A DNA stretch of 64,000 nucleotides. It comes from Pseudomonadota bacterium (GTDB taxonomy: Bacteria; Pseudomonadota; Alphaproteobacteria; Sphingomonadales; SMXR01). Numbering within the stretch: the first letter of the stretch is position 1; each line of letters opens with the position of its first letter. Shown in pieces: positions 9,202-16,964 of this stretch. Under the pieces are notes generated by a model. The model had not been told where the DNA came from. It saw only the letters and a list, made by a program, of their open reading frames with translations, and did not search any database. The stretch is from positions 631 to 64,630 of the forward strand of contig JADFIA010000001.1 of the NCBI GenBank assembly GCA_022566895.1. The letters are read 5' to 3'. The position numbers and the translations under genes are program-made.

Positions 9202-11099
9202 GATGCAGCCCCTTTCCCGTTCAGTACATTCGCGATTGCACCCTCAATTTCTCTGATCTTGAACGGCTGACCCTCCACTTTGTTGAGCGGCACCGCCTCG
9301 AGCAAGAAGCGATCGCGGAGCACCGTCATAAGCTGTCCGGTATTCATCTCCGGTACCAATACTTTCTTGTAGCTCTTCAATAGACCTTCAAGATTGCTCG
9401 GGAAAGGATTGAGGTGCCGCAAGTGAATGTGACTTACATCCAGACCCTTGTCCCGGGCCCGATGGACCGCCTGGTCGATCGGTCCAAATGTTGATCCCCA
9501 GCCAACCACCGCCATCTCGCCTCCCTCGGTGCCCTGAAAGACCTCCTGAGGCGGAATGTCCGCTGCTATGCCGGCAATTTTGGCCATCCGCGTATCGGTC
9601 ATCTTCTGGTGGTTATCAGCGTCATAGGAAATGTGCCCGGTCTCGTAGCTTTTCTCGAGACCACCGATCCGATGCTCCAATCCCGGTGTTCCGGGCTTGG
9701 CCCAGGGGCGGGAAAGCGTTTCCGGATCGCGTTCGTAGGGATTAAAATGCTCGCCCTCTTCGGGTGGCGTCTCAACGATCTGAGTTGGAAATTTCTCCAG
9801 CGATTCAAGGTCGGGAAGCTTCCACGGCTCAGCCGCGTTAGCCGTATAACCATCCGACAACAGGATCACCGGCGTCATATACTTTGTCGCTATGCGAACC
9901 GCTTCGATAGCGGTTTCAAAACAGTCGCCCGGGGATCGCGTACCGATCACGGGCAACGGCGAGTCCCCGTTGCGCCCGTAAATGGCCTGATAGAGATCCG
10001 ACTGCTCGGTCTTGGTCGGAAGACCCGTTGAGGGTCCGCCGCGCTGCGAATTTACGATGATAAGTGGCAGTTCCGTGGAAATGGCCAGGCCCATGGCCTC
10101 GGTCTTTAAGGCGATGCCCGGTCCGGACGACGAGGTCACTCCCAAAGAGCCGGCGAACGAGGCACCGATTGCCGCACAGATGGCTGAAATTTCATCTTCC
10201 GCCTGGAAGGTCACGATACCGAACTGCTTCATAGCCGCCAGCAAATGCAAAAGCGTCGAGGCCGGGGTAATCGGATAGGATCCGAACATCAGCTTCAGAC
10301 CGGCGCATTGGGCTCCGGCCACTAGACCCCAGGCCAGTGATTGGCTGCCGGTCACGGTCCGGTAGGTGCCCGGTTCGAGGTGAGCCGGACGAATCTCATA
10401 GCGCTTCAGATCACTCGACAGTTCTGCCGTTTCACCAAAGGCGTGGCCGGCGTTAAGAGCGGCAATATTGCTTTTGGCCACCTCCGGCATTTTTCCGAAC
10501 TTGGTCTTAAGCCATTCGGTGATTGGCTTTCGCTGGCGCCCGAACATCCAAAGCATCAGCCCCAACGTCCACATATTCTTGCAGCGAAGGGCGTCCTTGT
10601 TTGACAGTCCGAATTGCTTTACCGCCTCCAGCGTGTACGCCGTAATATCAAGGCGCATGACGCGGTAGCCCGAAAGAGAATCGTCTTCCAAAGGGTTGCT
10701 TTCGTAACCCGCTTTTTTCTGATTGCGGGCCGAAAACGAACCGGTATCCACGACTACCAGGCCGCCTTGTCGAAGATTGTCAATATTGACCTTTAAGGCG
10801 GCCGGGTTCATGGCCACCAGCACGTCGGGTTCGTCGCCGGCGGTCAATACACGGTCCGAGCCGAAATTGATCTGAAAGGCCGAAACGCCGAAGGTGGTTC
10901 CGGCCGGTGCCCTGATTTCGGCGGGAAAATCGGGGAACGTTGACAGATCATGACCTGCCAGTGCGGTCGAAGCCGTAAACTGTGCCCCGGTTAGCTGCAT
11001 GCCGTCGCCGCTATCGCCGGCAAACCTGACGACTACAGATTCAAGCTCGTCCAGCTCTGGCAACGACGGGTTCGTATTATCATCCACGCGTCTGTCCAT
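9198..11099 (-). CDS. korA: 2-oxoacid:acceptor oxidoreductase alpha subunit (gamma-alpha fusion)
   Basis: AGDSGDGMQLTG, YPITPAS, QAEDE, SSGPG, QRGGPSTGLPT. ATGA overlap with korB. Confidence 0.92.
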   Translation of the reverse strand: MDRRVDDNTNPSLPELDELESVVVRFAGDSGDGMQLTGAQFTASTALAGHDLSTFPDFPAEIRAPAGTTFGVSAFQINFGSDRVLTAGDEPDVLVAMNPAALKVNIDNLRQGGLVVVDTGSFSARNQKKAGYESNPLEDDSLSGYRVMRLDITAYTLEAVKQFGLSNKDALRCKNMWTLGLMLWMFGRQRKPITEWLKTKFGKMPEVAKSNIAALNAGHAFGETAELSSDLKRYEIRPAHLEPGTYRTVTGSQSLAWGLVAGAQCAGLKLMFGSYPITPASTLLHLLAAMKQFGIVTFQAEDEISAICAAIGASFAGSLGVTSSSGPGIALKTEAMGLAISTELPLIIVNSQRGGPSTGLPTKTEQSDLYQAIYGRNGDSPLPVIGTRSPGDCFETAIEAVRIATKYMTPVILLSDGYTANAAEPWKLPDLESLEKFPTQIVETPPEEGEHFNPYERDPETLSRPWAKPGTPGLEHRIGGLEKSYETGHISYDADNHQKMTDTRMAKIAGIAADIPPQEVFQGTEGGEMAVVGWGSTFGPIDQAVHRARDKGLDVSHIHLRHLNPFPSNLEGLLKSYKKVLVPEMNTGQLMTVLRDRFLLEAVPLNKVEGQPFKIREIEGAIANVLNGKGAAS

Positions 11100-11155
11100 A
11101 TATCACTCAATATCGGGTTGCCGTATTCTTGGGGCAAGCCCGCTCTGCTCTCTGT

Positions 11156-11503
11156 TCAAAGGATATCCAATACCGATTCCGGGGGCCGCCCAACCGCCGC
11201 CTGGGCACCATTTATGACAATTGGCCGCTCGATAAGAATGGGATTTTGTGCCATCGCGGCCACCAGCGCGTCCCGGTCAAGGCCCGGGTCGCCAAGGTTA
11301 AGCTCGCTGTATGCAGCCTCGCTTTTGCGTATGACGTCGCGAGGCTTGCGACCCAACAAATTCAGTACAGAATCGATCACTTCAGCCGAAGGGGGTGTCT
11401 CCAGATAAAGGAAAACTTCAGGATCGATTCCCCGCTCAGTGAGAAGGGCCATTGTCTGGCGTGATTTGCTGCAGCGAGGATTATGCCAGATGGTGACCTG
11501 CAT
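11156..11503 (-). CDS. arsC: Arsenate reductase (glutaredoxin type, ArsC family)
   Basis: HNPRCSKSR and LIERPIV...GRPPE motifs. Confidence 0.9.
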   Translation of the reverse strand: MQVTIWHNPRCSKSRQTMALLTERGIDPEVFLYLETPPSAEVIDSVLNLLGRKPRDVIRKSEAAYSELNLGDPGLDRDALVAAMAQNPILIERPIVINGAQAAVGRPPESVLDIL

Positions 11504-11605
11504 TCAAGGTGCCCCTTTTTTGGCATTCGGTTCCGATTGAGGACAGGTTTAGGCCGCATCCGCCGTCATGACAACGGTTTTTCACAAAGTTCGGAGTGGA
11601 GATTG

Positions 11606-12685
11606 TCAGCCGTTGTGATCGGCTCCTACCGCCTCGGCCACCGACCCAAAGCCATCGGCGCTTAGCAATGCAGCCAGATCCTCATTAATGCGGCCGACCA
11701 ATCGCGGGCCTTCAAAAATCAGTGCCGTATAGAGCTGAACCAGCGACGCGCCAGCACGAATTTTTTTGTAGGCGTCTTTGCCGCTGCTGATGCCGCCGAC
11801 TCCAATTATCGGTATGCGGCCTTCGGTCAGGCGGTAAAGATCAAATAGAACCTGCGTTGAAAGGTCAAAGAGCGGTGCCCCACTGAGCCCGCCGGATTCG
11901 TTCCGATTGGGGGATTCAAGCCCTTGCGGACGCCAAACGGTGGTATTGGCGACGATTAAACCGTCTATTCCAACCTCGCTGGCGACCCGGGCGATTTGCT
12001 CCCTTTCCTCTTCCTCAAGATCTGGCGCGACCTTGACCAGGATCGGCGGGGGCGGGTCGTCGCGGTTTGAGCGTCCGCCCGCCAAGGCGCCTTTGGCCAA
12101 TTCCACAACTTGTATTAATTGCGAGGCTGTTTGAAGGTCTCGTAGACCGGGTGTGTTCGGCGATGAAACGTTGATGACAAAATAATCCGCCAGATTTGCC
12201 AGCCGCCGGATCACGGTCGCGTAGTCCGCAATGGGGTCAGATGAGTCCCGGTTGGCGCCTACATTAACGCCGATGGGCCCCCGCCGATGTCTATTTAGCG
12301 CTTCAAGTCGAACCGCGGCCGCTTCGAGGCCGCGATTATTAAAGCCGAGCCGGTTAATGATCGCTTGGTCTTCGACGAGACGGAACAATCTGGGTGACGG
12401 ATTGCCCGGCTGTGGAAGCGGTGTGATCGTGCCAACTTCGGCAAAGCCGAAACCAAGCCGCAAAAGGGCCCTCGGCACTTCGACGTTCTTGTCGAAGCCG
12501 GCCGCTATACCGACTGGATTTGAAAATGGAAGGCCCCAAACTGAGGTCGACAGTATCTCGGGATTGCGAGACGCCGGCGCAAAGCGGGACAGCCCCATCT
12601 TGAGGGCCCTTATCGTCAGGCTGTGAGAGGCCTCGGGCGCCAGCGCGAAAAGTAACGGCCGCGCGATATTATATAATCCTGTCAT
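11606..12685 (-). CDS. pyrD: Quinone-dependent dihydroorotate dehydrogenase
   Basis: AAGFDKN, INRLGFNN, NVSSPNTPGLR, GGLSG, GASLVQLYT. Confidence 0.95.
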   Translation of the reverse strand: MTGLYNIARPLLFALAPEASHSLTIRALKMGLSRFAPASRNPEILSTSVWGLPFSNPVGIAAGFDKNVEVPRALLRLGFGFAEVGTITPLPQPGNPSPRLFRLVEDQAIINRLGFNNRGLEAAAVRLEALNRHRRGPIGVNVGANRDSSDPIADYATVIRRLANLADYFVINVSSPNTPGLRDLQTASQLIQVVELAKGALAGGRSNRDDPPPPILVKVAPDLEEEEREQIARVASEVGIDGLIVANTTVWRPQGLESPNRNESGGLSGAPLFDLSTQVLFDLYRLTEGRIPIIGVGGISSGKDAYKKIRAGASLVQLYTALIFEGPRLVGRINEDLAALLSADGFGSVAEAVGADHNG

Positions 12686-12802
12686 ACGCAGCGACCGTTC
12701 CTCCTGATTGAGCGGACCCTGGCCGGCAAATTAAGGAAGAATGGCCGTCTTGCCAACCAGCTTCATCAGTCTAGTCACCAATAGGATCAAGAAATGAGGC
12801 GG

Positions 12803-13174
12803 TCAGCCCGCTTCGGCGGTTGTCTCAATATCTATGATACGGCAAGGCTCGCCGCTTCTAGCGATCAGGATATCCCGGCCAACGCAGAGCTGACCCTTTT
12901 GGGCGCGAAAGGCGAAGTGGCCGTGAAACTTCAGCTGTGGACAGCTGTTTTCAAGATGCATGCGAAGACGCCGACCGTCGCGCATCTTTAATGCCACTAC
13001 AGTATTGGTGAGCACCGAACTATCCTCGATTTCGCTGACCACGATACACGGTCGCGGTGTCTCGGAAGGAACTGTGTCGGTCTGCGGCGTGGCCGTTTTA
13101 AAAGTCAGCACAAAACCCACCGCAAGCACCACGTGGAGGAAAGCAAGAACGGAAGTCTTTGAACAGTAATGCAT
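12803..13174 (-). CDS. Small secreted four-cysteine protein (DUF6491-like)
   Basis: Signal-like N-terminus; Cys pattern PCI...SCP...QLCVG..D...PCRI typical of small exported alphaproteobacterial proteins. Confidence 0.55.
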   Translation of the reverse strand: MHYCSKTSVLAFLHVVLAVGFVLTFKTATPQTDTVPSETPRPCIVVSEIEDSSVLTNTVVALKMRDGRRLRMHLENSCPQLKFHGHFAFRAQKGQLCVGRDILIARSGEPCRIIDIETTAEAG

Positions 13175-13267
13175 GAGGGAGCCGCCCGTTATTTTGATGG
13201 CCGTCAGACTGTCAGAAAGGGGATGAACGGCGCCTGAACGGCACATCGCCGCGGGATCCATGAGGAC

Positions 13268-13609
13268 CTATTCGCCGACCGCTGCGGCTTTGTCGGCATC
13301 AGAGGCATCAGCCAGACCGAATCGGGTCGCCGATTCTCCCAATGCTTCCCTGATGAATTTTGGGTCAGCCTCGAAGCGAATACCCAAGAGTTCCTCATCC
13401 GCCCAGGCGACGGTTCCGGAGATCTCGCCAATGCGGTCGAGGTGAAGCTTGAATTTGGTGCCCGGCGGCAGGGGAAGCCCGGCGTTGATCTTTGCACCGC
13501 CCAAGGAAATATTCCGAATCTGGCACTCAAAAGTGAACTCGCCAAACTCCAACTTGCCTTTCCAAAGGACCGAGCGACGGGGCGAGCTTCGCTTCGTTTT
13601 CGACATCAT
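13268..13609 (-). CDS. Single-domain PilZ protein
   Basis: RSSPR (RxxxR) and NISLGG ([D/N]xSxxG) c-di-GMP-binding motifs; V.W....LGIRF. Confidence 0.85.
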   Translation of the reverse strand: MMSKTKRSSPRRSVLWKGKLEFGEFTFECQIRNISLGGAKINAGLPLPPGTKFKLHLDRIGEISGTVAWADEELLGIRFEADPKFIREALGESATRFGLADASDADKAAAVGE

Positions 13610-13787
13610 ATTGACCTTATTCTACCGACTGAACCTTTTACTAGCATAAAAAATCAGCTACTGCACGGTTGAAAAGCGAACAACCGGGATCCCGAAAAAG
13701 CACTTGGTGCGCGTACCTCGGCCCCCTATCATGCCCAGCGATGGAGAACCCCAAGTTCTTATCCCTTTGAACGACCGGAGCAGAATA

Positions 13788-14264
13788 GTGATTTTTAGAA
13801 ACAGAACGCTTGTCGCCAGTCTACTGCTGTTTGGCCTATTGGCCAGCTTGAGTAACGTTGCGCCAACCAACGCACAGGCCAGCGCGGACGAGCTCTATTT
13901 GACGGAGAATGCCAAGAAGCCGGGGGTTATAATTCGACCGAGCGGGCTGCAGATTAAAGTGATCAGACGCGGCAAGGGGAGTTTTCCTAACGAATCCTCG
14001 GTGGTGCGGGTTAACTACGAGGGCAGGCTGATTGACGGAACAAAATTTGACAGCTCATATGATCGCGGCGAGCCGTCGGAATTTGAAGTCATAAGAGTGA
14101 TCGATGGCTGGCAGGAGGCACTGCTCATGATGCAGATTGGCTCGGAGTGGGAGCTCGTGATTCCATCAAAGCTTGCCTACCAAGAGATAGGCGCCGGGGA
14201 TGTTGTCCCGCCGGGCGCGACGCTGATATTTCGCGTCGAGCTATTGGCGATTGTCCGCCAGTAG
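13788..14264 (+). CDS. FKBP-type peptidyl-prolyl isomerase (Mip/FkpA-like), exported
   Basis: SGLQ.KV, VNYEGRLIDGTKFDSS, VIDGWQEAL, IPSKLAY, TLIFRVEL. GTG start after GGAG. Confidence 0.9.
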   Translation: MIFRNRTLVASLLLFGLLASLSNVAPTNAQASADELYLTENAKKPGVIIRPSGLQIKVIRRGKGSFPNESSVVRVNYEGRLIDGTKFDSSYDRGEPSEFEVIRVIDGWQEALLMMQIGSEWELVIPSKLAYQEIGAGDVVPPGATLIFRVELLAIVRQ

Positions 14265-14302
14265 GCACTGCAGGGCGTGTTTGAGTGAGCCAGGGATGAG
14301 AT

Positions 14303-15397
14303 ATGAATGTCGTAAGTGAGTGGTACCGGAGAACCTTTGCGGACCCTCAGGTCGTGCTATTGGTGCTGATTCTGATCGGTGCCCTGCTCCTTGTCAATTT
14401 CTTCGGCCAGATGCTCGCCCCGGCGATAGCAGCGGTAGTTATCGCCTTCCTGTTGGATGGCCCGGCCGGGCGGCTGCGGGAAAAGGGCCTTTCGAACTCA
14501 CTTGCGGTGAGCATAGTCTTCGTGACTTTCCTGGCTCTTGCGGTGGTGGCATTTTTTGCCATCCTGCCGCCGATCACCGGTCAATTGGGACAATTCTTTC
14601 TGCAGCTGCCAAGCATGATGGCCTCGCTGCAGGAAACTGTTGTGGAGCTCTCGAGATCCAATCCTGAATTTTTCGACGAGACACAAATCGCAGATTTGAT
14701 CGCCCGCCTGCAGAGTGAACTGATCGCCTTGGGCCCTGCCAATGTAAAGGCCTTGCTGGGCAATCTCGCTGGGGCGATCAGTCTGGTCGTTTACACGATC
14801 CTGGTTCCGGTGATGGTGTTTTTCTTTCTAAAGGACAAGAAACTGATCATGAGCTGGATTGCCGGATACTTGCCGAATCACAAACCCCTGGTTGACAAGG
14901 TCTGGGCCGAGGTGGTGGCAAAAGCCGGCGACTATGCCCGCGGCAAGGTCTACGAGATTTTCATTGTTGGGTTCGCGGCCTTTGTCGTTTTTTGGGCGAT
15001 CGATTTGCGTTTTGCCGCCTTTCTGGCGCTGTTGACCGGTTTGTCGGTCATTATTCCCTATTTTGGCGCGGCGCTGGTAACACTTCCGGTCGCACTCGTG
15101 GCCTTTTTCCAATGGGGGATCGGCAGCGAAATGTTGCTCGCGGTGCTGGTCTATTTGGGGCTGCAGGCGGTCGACGGGAATATCTTGGCGCCGTTGTTAT
15201 TCTCCGAAGTCGTCAAATTGCACCCTAACGCCATTATTCTTGCCATTCTAATCTTTGGCGGTCTCTGGGGCTTTTGGGGTGTCTTTTTTGCCATCCCGCT
15301 AGCCACCGTGGCGCACGCGGTCATCAAGGGCTGGTCGGAGCACAGATCCTTGGCCGGCGCGGTATCCCAAGCGGCCGATGATGAAAAAGGGGCTTGA
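14303..15397 (+). CDS. AI-2E family transporter (PerM-like)
   Basis: Multi-TM; IIPYFGA, Q.VDGNIL.P.LFSE.V.LHP, GGLWGFWGVFFAIPLA. Confidence 0.88.
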   Translation: MNVVSEWYRRTFADPQVVLLVLILIGALLLVNFFGQMLAPAIAAVVIAFLLDGPAGRLREKGLSNSLAVSIVFVTFLALAVVAFFAILPPITGQLGQFFLQLPSMMASLQETVVELSRSNPEFFDETQIADLIARLQSELIALGPANVKALLGNLAGAISLVVYTILVPVMVFFFLKDKKLIMSWIAGYLPNHKPLVDKVWAEVVAKAGDYARGKVYEIFIVGFAAFVVFWAIDLRFAAFLALLTGLSVIIPYFGAALVTLPVALVAFFQWGIGSEMLLAVLVYLGLQAVDGNILAPLLFSEVVKLHPNAIILAILIFGGLWGFWGVFFAIPLATVAHAVIKGWSEHRSLAGAVSQAADDEKGA

Positions 15398-15420
15398 CAA
15401 GCGCACGCTTTTATTAGACT
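15394..15420 (+). promoter_or_regulatory. Sigma70-type promoter of the lysis cassette
   Basis: Perfect TTGACA (15394-15399, overlapping the upstream TGA), spacer AGCGCACGCTTTTAT, then TAGACT (15415-15420). The 15-nt spacing is short but matches the candidate cspA promoter. Confidence 0.55.
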
Positions 15421-15423
15421 ATT

Positions 15424-15447
15424 TGGTTATAAACAGAATTATAACCA
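15424..15447. promoter_or_regulatory. Perfect inverted repeat, operator-like
   Basis: TGGTTATAA-ACAGAA-TTATAACCA directly downstream of the -10; AT-rich in a GC-rich genome. Confidence 0.6.
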
Positions 15448-15503
15448 CCAATTAGGAAACTTTTGGGCATTCGCTTCGGCTTGCTTTCTTTTGGGGAGCT
15501 ATT

Positions 15504-15977
15504 ATGCACCTCTCACCGCATTTCACACTTTCCGAAATGACCAAATCGCAAATCGCCCTACGTCGCGGCATCGGCAATTCACTCGACCCAGGAAATCCAG
15601 ACGATGCGGAAGTGATCAACAATCTGAGGCTCCTGTGCCTTGAGGTTCTGGAGCCGGTGCGTGAGGCTTTCGGTATTCCCTTTGCGCCATCGTCCGGTTA
15701 CCGCTCGCCGGCCCTTAATACGGCGTTGGGCTCCAAGCCCACCTCGCAGCATGTCCTGGGGCAGGCGGTGGACTTCGAGCTACCGGGAATCCCGAACTTG
15801 AAATTGGCACAGTGGGTCCGAGACCATCTTAAATACGACCAGCTCATTCTGGAGTTTCATGAGCCCGGCGAGCCCGCCAGCGGTTGGGTGCACGTTTCCC
15901 TTAAGGAGACGGGCAACCGTCGGCGCGAGCTGACCATCAACCGCAAAGGTGTTTTCCCGGGACTTGGCAAGGCCTGA
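15504..15977 (+). CDS. Peptidase M15 (D-Ala-D-Ala carboxypeptidase-like Zn peptidase), phage endolysin type
   Basis: LSPHFTLSE, VLEPVRE, SSGYRS..LN, SQHVLGQAVD (SxHxxGxAxD), DQLILE, WVHVS. No signal peptide; RBS GGGGAG. Confidence 0.88.
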   Translation: MHLSPHFTLSEMTKSQIALRRGIGNSLDPGNPDDAEVINNLRLLCLEVLEPVREAFGIPFAPSSGYRSPALNTALGSKPTSQHVLGQAVDFELPGIPNLKLAQWVRDHLKYDQLILEFHEPGEPASGWVHVSLKETGNRRRELTINRKGVFPGLGKA

Positions 15978-16015
15978 AGGGACGGTTTTGAGGCGCCGGC
16001 ATTTTGACGGCTCAC

Positions 16016-16041
16016 AGCCCGGAGTAGTCCGGGCTTTTTTT
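16016..16041 (+). terminator. Intrinsic terminator 1 between endolysin and holin
   Basis: AGCCCGGA-GTAG-TCCGGGCT followed by a T run (7 T from 16035). Confidence 0.8.
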
Positions 16042-16051
16042 ATGAACCAAC

Positions 16052-16078
16052 GGCCCGGGATTTCCCGGGCCTTTTTTT
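16052..16078 (+). terminator. Intrinsic terminator 2 between endolysin and holin
   Basis: GGCCCGGG-ATTT-CCCGGGCC followed by TTTTTTT. Confidence 0.8.
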
Positions 16079-16095
16079 GTGGAAAGGAAGAAGAA

Positions 16096-16296
16096 ATGTT
16101 ATCCAAACTTTTGGAAGGCGGTCTGTTAAGTGGCCGCAAAACCTACCTGGCGGCGGCTGGCGTCGCAATCTCGGCGGTGATCGCCTACCTGGTCGGCGAC
16201 GCCGGCCTGATGGACACCCTGACGACCGTTGGCGAGGCTCTCGGGATCGGGTTCCTGCGGGCCGGGGTGGCCAAATCCGCAACCCCTCAAACCTGA
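16096..16296 (+). CDS. Small membrane protein, holin-like (66 aa)
   Basis: MLSKLLEGGLLSGRKTYLAAAGVAISAVIAYLVG...ALGIGFLRAGVAK; G[RK]KTY start and two hydrophobic segments. Strong RBS GGAAAGGAAG; lies between endolysin and spanin. Confidence 0.65.
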   Translation: MLSKLLEGGLLSGRKTYLAAAGVAISAVIAYLVGDAGLMDTLTTVGEALGIGFLRAGVAKSATPQT

Positions 16297-16964
16297 TGGG
16301 GTTTTTAAAACTCGGTGGCCTCTTGGCCGCCCTGATGCTGATGGCGGCGGTTGGTTTTTTGTGGAAAGCCAACGAGCGAAAGGCGGCCGAACTTGGCACC
16401 CTGCGAGCCAGCCTGGCCGGTGCCGAGGCCACGATTGCCTTTAACGACCGCCTGGCCATTTACAGCCAGAGGCAAGCGGATGCGCTGGCCGCCCGGGATG
16501 CCGCCAACCAGAGAGCCATGGAGGCCCTTACCAATGAACGCAACAGATTGCGGGTCACCGTCGAAAGACGGGCCCTTGAAGATCCTTATGATTTTGGCGA
16601 TAGTTTTGAGTTTGAGCTTGCCCGGCTGTTCTGTCTTTTCGAAGCCGGAAGTGATCGCGGTGCCCGCAAAGCCTGTAATCTTCATTCCCGCGAAGCCTAC
16701 AAGCCCGAAATCGCCCTTACCCTTACCGTCACGCCCCAACTGGCCGAGCGGTGGGCCGAAGCCTGCGCCGCCGGAGAAGAACGATCAGAGGACTTCTGCC
16801 GTTGGTCGATAACCGGCTTTACAGCGCAAGGCGGGATCACGATCCTCAATCATCTGGAGCGGCTGGCAGCCTTTGCGCTGGCGCTTGAGGATCGGGCCGG
16901 TGTCCTGGAAGCCATGCTTCGCGAGCTGGCGGATCGGCCGCAGGCGGACCAAAAATCCCCTTAA
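16296..16964 (+). CDS. i-spanin (Rz-like) protein; as sequenced it runs on into an o-spanin-like C-terminal domain
   Basis: TGATG coupling to the holin; N-terminal TM ([18 protein letters not shown]), Ala-rich coiled coil and 4 Cys in the distal half. Confidence 0.65.
   Translation: MGFLKLGGLLAALMLMAAVGFLWKANERKAAELGTLRASLAGAEATIAFNDRLAIYSQRQADALAARDAANQRAMEALTNERNRLRVTVERRALEDPYDFGDSFEFELARLFCLFEAGSDRGARKACNLHSREAYKPEIALTLTVTPQLAERWAEACAAGEERSEDFCRWSITGFTAQGGITILNHLERLAAFALALEDRAGVLEAMLRELADRPQADQKSP
16576..16812 (+). CDS. o-spanin (Rz1-like) outer-membrane lipoprotein in the +1 frame of the i-spanin
   Basis: (M)[32 protein letters not shown]; lipobox Cys at 16627, Ser at +2, 15 Pro in 61 mature residues. 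TTG 16576 or ATG 16588 start. Confidence 0.65.
   Translation: MKILMILAIVLSLSLPGCSVFSKPEVIAVPAKPVIFIPAKPTSPKSPLPLPSRPNWPSGGPKPAPPEKNDQRTSAVGR

Noticed and set aside
11156-11503. Arsenic-resistance operon
   Set aside because: A solitary arsC-family gene without arsR, arsB or acr3 is a common backbone gene.
15949-16295. Long N-terminal extensions of the holin (from 15949) and spanin (from 16077) in the ORF track
   Set aside because: They run through the terminator hairpins or overlap the holin. The RBS at 16081-16090 and the TGATG coupling support starts at 16096 and 16296.
16351-16575. First 75 codons of the 153-aa ORF 16351-16812
   Set aside because: This is an off-frame shadow of the i-spanin. 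Only the part from 16576 has signal-peptide and lipobox features.
15504-16964. Intact prophage
   Set aside because: Only lysis-type genes are present, with no structural, replication or integration genes in the window.
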